In this document: positions 59,285-64,000 of the stretch, piece after piece
How positions within the stretch are numbered: the first letter of the stretch is position 1
How the letters are laid out: each line of letters opens with the position of its first letter
NCBI GenBank assembly: GCA_050294405.1
Contig: JBNKOC010000028.1
Span: 128,001-192,000, forward strand
DNA: 64,000 nucleotides
Origin: Fibrobacteria bacterium
GTDB lineage: Bacteria; Fibrobacterota; Fibrobacteria; UBA11236; JADFYW01
Reading direction: 5' to 3'
Notes under the pieces: model-generated
Database searches by the model: none
Told to the model about the DNA's origin: nothing
The model's input: the letters and a program-made list of their open reading frames with translations, nothing else
Translations under genes and position numbers: made by a program

Positions 59285-60118
59285 ATGAGTGAATTTTTAG
59301 TATTTGAAAAATTAAATAAGACCTATTTCACCCCTAAGGGCCCTGCCGTTATTGTGGATGATTTTAATTTAACCGTTAAAAAAGGTGAGTTTATATCCAT
59401 TATAGGCCATTCGGGCTGTGGAAAATCCACAGTACTCTCCATGGTGGCCGGACTTAATGATATTAATGGCGGGCATATATTCTTGAAAAACAGGGAAGTG
59501 GTTGGTCCGGGTCCTGATAGAGGAGTGGTCTTTCAGTCCCCCAGCCTACTTCCCTGGATGACAGCCTATCAAAATGTAATGTTAGGTGTGAACCAGGTTT
59601 TCCAACATGCCAGCAAAGAAGACAGAGATAAAATTGCAAAGTTCTTCCTTTATAAGGTGGGTCTTAAAGATGCTATACATCGCAAGGCCAAAGATTTGAG
59701 TAACGGCATGAAACAAAGAGTGGGTCTTGCCAGGGCTTTTGCCATTAAACCTCAATTGTTGCTTTTGGATGAGCCGTTCGGTATGCTGGATTCCTTAACC
59801 AGAATCGGCTTGCAGGAAGTATTGTTGGATGTATGGAATAAAAATAAAACCACCGCCATTATGATAACCCATGATGTGGACGAAGCCATTTTCTTGTCGG
59901 ACAGGGTCATCATGATGACCAGCGGTCCCAGGGCTAAAGTTGGCGACGAACTTATTATTGATTTTCCAAGGCCCAGAATTCGCAGTGAAATTATGGAAAG
60001 CGATATGTTTTTTAAATATCGGGCTTATTTAATTGATTTTCTTTATGGAAAAGAAGAGGCCCGTCAAAAAAAAAACATAGGCCCGAAATCCAAAAGCAAA
60101 ATAGCTAAAGTAGCTTAA
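59285..60118 (+). CDS. Nitrate ABC transporter ATP-binding protein (NrtD-like)
   Basis: GHSGCGKST, LSNGMKQR, LLDEPFGMLD, ITHDVDEA. Confidence 0.9.
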   Translation: MSEFLVFEKLNKTYFTPKGPAVIVDDFNLTVKKGEFISIIGHSGCGKSTVLSMVAGLNDINGGHIFLKNREVVGPGPDRGVVFQSPSLLPWMTAYQNVMLGVNQVFQHASKEDRDKIAKFFLYKVGLKDAIHRKAKDLSNGMKQRVGLARAFAIKPQLLLLDEPFGMLDSLTRIGLQEVLLDVWNKNKTTAIMITHDVDEAIFLSDRVIMMTSGPRAKVGDELIIDFPRPRIRSEIMESDMFFKYRAYLIDFLYGKEEARQKKNIGPKSKSKIAKVA

Positions 60119-60126
60119 CCTATGTA

Positions 60127-62058
60127 TTAGGTTAAAACATTCTCTGTTGAATTAATACCCTGGCTATTTGATTTCGCTTTTACAAAGCGCTCAATAGCAC
60201 CACTTAAATCGTCTTTTTTAACAGGCTTGGGAAGGAAATCGTCCATGCCTGCTTCCAGGCATTTTTCTCTGTCACCTTTCATTGAGTTAGCAGTGATGGC
60301 AATTATATAGGTGTTTTGGGTTGCTTTGTTTTTTTTTAATCTGCGGGTCGCTTCGTAGCCATCCATAACTGGCATTTGGCAATCCATTAAGACCAAGTCG
60401 TAAAACTGGTTTTTAAAGGCCTCTAGAGCTTGCTTTCCATCCTTTACCAAGGTAGCCTTAATGCCGAGTTTTTCGAGGAGAATTAAGACCACTTTGCTGT
60501 TTATTTCATTATCCTCCACCAACAGGATTTTACTGTTAGCAAGCAAGTTTGTCTTGTATTTCTCAGCTTTTTTAGCTGTTTCGACCATTTTATCCAACTG
60601 ATGATCTGTTTTTTGTAAGGGTAATTTAAAGATCATTGTGGTGCCTTTTCCCAATTCGCTGGATACGTTTAGGGAGCCACCCATTATTTCAGCAAACTCT
60701 TTTGAAATGGCAAGGCCAAGACCAGTTCCTCCGAATTTTCGTGTTGTGCTGGCATCGGCTTGGGTAAATGGTTGAAAAAGCGTATTGATTTGGCTTTGTG
60801 TAATGCCTATTCCCGTATCTGAAATACTTATATTAATTTCATCTGTCTCCGTGCCTAGCGCTGTCCAATGACAGCTGAGTTCCACTTTGCCTTCTGTGGT
60901 GAATTTATAGGCATTAGAGAGAAGGTTCATTAATATTTGGTTGATTTTTTGAGAATCGCCAAGATAAACAGCACAAGGACCTGCATTGATAGTTGATGTA
61001 AACTGAACCCCTTTTTTTTCAATGGGCATTTTGTAGGAATTTACAACATTATTGAGCAGCTCTTCAGGAGAAAAAGGAGCTATTTCAACTCTAACTTTAC
61101 CAGCTTCAATTTTAGAGATATCAAGGATATCGTTAATGATTCTTAATAAGGATTGGGCACTTTTGTGAATAGTGTTGGCATACTCTCTATTTTCACTATC
61201 CACATTTTCGGATTCTGATAAGAGTTGTGATAAACCTAAAATGCCGTTCATTGGAGTGCGAATTTCGTGGCTCATATTGGCCAAAAAGCGGGATTTTGCA
61301 TAGTTGGCTTCTTTGGCTTCCTTTAAAGCCTGGTGCAACTCTTTGGTGGCCCCAGCAACGCGCTCAGAGAGCAAAATATTATTGGCAACCAGTTTTGACT
61401 GGGCTAGTCTTCGCATATGAACTTCTTTTTTAAGTTGTTCAGAGGAATCTTTGAGAACTTTGGTCAAATTAGAGTGTAAATGGACAAAAAGCTGCATAGC
61501 GGCCATCGTAATGGCCATACAGGAAAAGGCTAGCAAATCGCTAAGATAAGGGCTGGGGATATAACCTTTGATGTCAATGTTAAAAAGGGGCCGAAGATTA
61601 AATACAAGAACATAACTAAGAACTGATATTGCAAAGCCAACGACAACAACTTTTAATTGAAAAAGGAGTTGAAGGACCAATAAGAAAAGAAGGAAAAGTA
61701 TAAGTAACGAGGTGTTGGGGCCATCGAAAAACTGGGCGAGAACCGAAACAAGAAATATCCCGGATAAGGGCAAAAGGATTCCTTTTTTCCATTGCCCCCG
61801 GATTGCTTTTTTTAAGGAGACATAATAGACTAGCTGGATAATCAACGCGCTTAATGTTGTGTAGGATTTTTCTTCATTTTGAAGATCATCAAGAAAAATC
61901 AGAGGCAAAACAAAAAGGTTAACCCAGAAAAAAAGTTGGATGATAAAAATGCAAAGGACTTGTCTGGATTTTTCAATATCCTTTGTGGCTTCCAGGCTTC
62001 GCAGGCTTTTTAATGGGTTTAAAAATTCCATCCCTACCATCATTTTGTTTCGATTCAA
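60127..62058 (-). CDS. Hybrid sensor histidine kinase/response regulator
   Basis: TMs; [53 protein letters not shown]. Confidence 0.94.
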   Translation of the reverse strand: MNRNKMMVGMEFLNPLKSLRSLEATKDIEKSRQVLCIFIIQLFFWVNLFVLPLIFLDDLQNEEKSYTTLSALIIQLVYYVSLKKAIRGQWKKGILLPLSGIFLVSVLAQFFDGPNTSLLILFLLFLLVLQLLFQLKVVVVGFAISVLSYVLVFNLRPLFNIDIKGYIPSPYLSDLLAFSCMAITMAAMQLFVHLHSNLTKVLKDSSEQLKKEVHMRRLAQSKLVANNILLSERVAGATKELHQALKEAKEANYAKSRFLANMSHEIRTPMNGILGLSQLLSESENVDSENREYANTIHKSAQSLLRIINDILDISKIEAGKVRVEIAPFSPEELLNNVVNSYKMPIEKKGVQFTSTINAGPCAVYLGDSQKINQILMNLLSNAYKFTTEGKVELSCHWTALGTETDEINISISDTGIGITQSQINTLFQPFTQADASTTRKFGGTGLGLAISKEFAEIMGGSLNVSSELGKGTTMIFKLPLQKTDHQLDKMVETAKKAEKYKTNLLANSKILLVEDNEINSKVVLILLEKLGIKATLVKDGKQALEAFKNQFYDLVLMDCQMPVMDGYEATRRLKKNKATQNTYIIAITANSMKGDREKCLEAGMDDFLPKPVKKDDLSGAIERFVKAKSNSQGINSTENVLT

Positions 62059-62118
62059 TCAAATTAGAAACAAAAATTGAATTGACGGATTAAATCAGCA
62101 AAAAAAGGACTAAATGGG

Positions 62119-63597
62119 CTAAAGTATCGTTTTAGTCAACTTAAATAAGCGTACAGGCAGGTCCTTGATATGTCCTTTTAACTTATCAAACTCGCCATCA
62201 ATAAAATGGATAAGTTCTTTGATCTGTTCTTTAGAAAATTCTTCAATAAAATCAAAACACACTTTGATAAATAGGTCGTAATCCCGTGGGCGCAACACCT
62301 GTAGAATCCTTTTTAATCCAATATTGTCCATCATCGCTTTAAATAAAGGGCCAAACTCATTAGGCTTTAAGGTCAAGGTAAAGAGTTTTTCACAAAGGAT
62401 GAAGGGGACGTCGTTAAAGGTTTTGAGAAATCCATTCATGGAAATTGGATCCGATGCGGCTAGAAAGCGAATCATCAACTGGTCCATAAGCAGTTGGAAA
62501 TCAAATGATTTGTCAAAATCGGTAATGGATTTTAAGCTATTTTCATCGAGCCTGTTTTCCTGGATGAGCACATCGAGTTTAGTGGCGTAGGTTTTGTAAT
62601 AGCGCAAAATGAAGCTCGCCCCCCAACCGCATGCAGTGGTCCAAACTGCCGAATCCCCGATAAAAGCACAGCGGTTTTTGGCAACCATTTGATCTACGCC
62701 GCCACTGGGATACCAACCCCAGTTTTCTTTAACAAGTTCGGAGCTGCCGAAAAGGTTCTTGATGTAATCGTTATTTTCCATTAACCACTCGTATTTGTTT
62801 TTCATCATCTCTTTGGACTTGCGATCATCGGTGATATAAAAAATCATGGGAGTAGAATGAGGGGCCGTGTCTTTGACAAAGGGGTTTTGGGAAAGCATTT
62901 CGTATTCAAAAATCAACCTTCCTTCGTCAGTAGCGGCATCATCGGAAAGCTGGGGATCTGAAAATTGCGCCCAGAGCAAATAATCCCTTGGCTGCATGTC
63001 TTCGTGAATTTCGGCAATATTTTTGGGGTGGCGCACTTCAGGGCAGTAAACAGACCACCACATCACATCTTCGTTATAAGTTTGGTATTTTCGTGAAATG
63101 GGGGAGTTGTAACCCCCGGCATTGATTAAGAGTTTAGCGCGCACTGTGTGCCTCTGAGAGGCTCCATTTTCTATTTGTTCATAACTTAACTCAACAATTT
63201 CATCGTTCACTTGATGGCCCAGATAAGTGGAATTGTAACTTGTCTTGCTTTGAGTTGGGGCATGCCTGATTTTCTCATCGAAAAATTCCAGCAGTTGTTC
63301 ACCGGCAATGTACCAGTATTTCATTTCTGCCTGATGTGTGAAAATTTCCGGGCTTTCTTTATTATCATTATCTTCGAAAGTCCGCAATATGAAACGATTG
63401 ATACCTGGATAGAGAAACGGCTTTAACTCGGGCTTGTCATTGACGTAAATATCGGGGCAGAACCAACTGCGATGGAAATATCCGGCGCGTTCTTTTTTAT
63501 CAATGACCAGAACCTTATATTTTTGACTCAATTCCGAAGCAACTGATAACCCTGATGGGCCTGCTCCAACTACTATTATATCGTAATCAAAATCCAT
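62119..63597 (-). CDS. FAD-dependent oxidoreductase (geranylgeranyl reductase/lycopene cyclase superfamily)
   Basis: DIIVVGAGPSG, LLINAGG, AFIGDSA...GWG. Confidence 0.7.
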   Translation of the reverse strand: MDFDYDIIVVGAGPSGLSVASELSQKYKVLVIDKKERAGYFHRSWFCPDIYVNDKPELKPFLYPGINRFILRTFEDNDNKESPEIFTHQAEMKYWYIAGEQLLEFFDEKIRHAPTQSKTSYNSTYLGHQVNDEIVELSYEQIENGASQRHTVRAKLLINAGGYNSPISRKYQTYNEDVMWWSVYCPEVRHPKNIAEIHEDMQPRDYLLWAQFSDPQLSDDAATDEGRLIFEYEMLSQNPFVKDTAPHSTPMIFYITDDRKSKEMMKNKYEWLMENNDYIKNLFGSSELVKENWGWYPSGGVDQMVAKNRCAFIGDSAVWTTACGWGASFILRYYKTYATKLDVLIQENRLDENSLKSITDFDKSFDFQLLMDQLMIRFLAASDPISMNGFLKTFNDVPFILCEKLFTLTLKPNEFGPLFKAMMDNIGLKRILQVLRPRDYDLFIKVCFDFIEEFSKEQIKELIHFIDGEFDKLKGHIKDLPVRLFKLTKTIL

Positions 63598-63661
63598 GCT
63601 CGCTCTATCAAAATAATGAGAGTCTCAGTTATACAATTATATTTTGCGGTACTTTGGGAAG

Positions 63662-63991
63662 TTACTGAGAGCTAATGTCCAGCTCCACCTCTTCCAGCGA
63701 ATCTTTAATAATGATGTTATTTTCAATTTCAAATAGCTTGAACTCGTCTTTAACAATTTCGCTGGCATGGACAATATAGGTACGGGTGTTTTCACAAAGC
63801 CGGGAAAACTCTTCCAGGCAATCCGCATCTATAAAATTGAGGTACTTAAAATCAAAAATAGCGATACCGGATTTAGATGCAGCCCTAAACATACTGTTGA
63901 AAACCTCCCCTTCATTCATCACTCCCTTACATACAAATAGGGGCTGGTTTCGGAGTATGATTTCTTCATACGAAAAGTCCAATGGAGGCAC
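63662..63991 (-). CDS. STAS-domain (anti-sigma antagonist-like) protein; start uncertain, frame open to the window end
   Basis: IFDFKYLNFIDAD..., IVKDEFKLFEI, DSLEE pattern. Confidence 0.6.
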   Translation of the reverse strand: MPPLDFSYEEIILRNQPLFVCKGVMNEGEVFNSMFRAASKSGIAIFDFKYLNFIDADCLEEFSRLCENTRTYIVHASEIVKDEFKLFEIENNIIIKDSLEEVELDISSQ

Positions 63992-64000
63992 TTTTGTGCC

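Noticed and set aside
63986..64000. sigma54-like GGCAC...TGC at the window end (minus strand)
   Set aside because: GG-to-GC spacing is off by one and the motif is truncated by the window edge.
1..64000. CRISPR arrays, tRNA/rRNA, IS elements, prophage or anti-phage defence genes
   Set aside because: No regularly spaced repeats, cloverleaf-like segments, or transposase, integrase or nuclease motifs were recognised; intergenic gaps are short.

Overview
Gene-dense bacterial chromosome window. A TIGR02147-family gene flanked by prealbumin-fold lipoproteins suggests Fibrobacterota or a similar lineage; this is inference only. Layout: (1) about 1-15.2 kb, a visibly AT-rich cell-surface glycan region with GT2, two SAM methyltransferases, a Wzx-like flippase, three tandem HPr-kinase-like P-loop proteins, PssE/PssD, DPM1-like GT2 plus DUF2304, GT-C membrane transferases, an internally deleted acyltransferase-3, an EptA-like transferase and a GDPD-like protein; (2) trpBA and a lipoprotein-TIGR02147-lipoprotein module; (3) housekeeping genes (Na/Pi symporter, nitroreductase, ctaA, yihY, J-domain protein, murD, trkH, hup, site-2 protease); (4) fdhD plus a two-subunit NAD-linked formate dehydrogenase, next to a PAS-AraC regulator and an araB-araD operon lacking araA but carrying two TIM-barrel sugar enzymes and an alpha/beta hydrolase; (5) CCA enzyme, a hybrid kinase, and a divergent pair of an MpaB/Lcp-like heme oxygenase and a Pyr4/PaxB-like membrane terpene cyclase; (6) a sigma54-type nitrate uptake locus (porin plus nrtABCD) with a divergent NasS-like gene split by a frameshift at an A10 tract; (7) a second hybrid kinase, an FAD oxidoreductase and a STAS protein. 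I recognised no rRNA, tRNA, CRISPR array, integrase or transposase. The best candidates for undescribed systems are the oxygenase/terpene-cyclase pair, the triple kinase cassette in the glycan locus and the araA-less sugar operon beside FDH. All family calls come from motif recognition by eye; no database searches were run.
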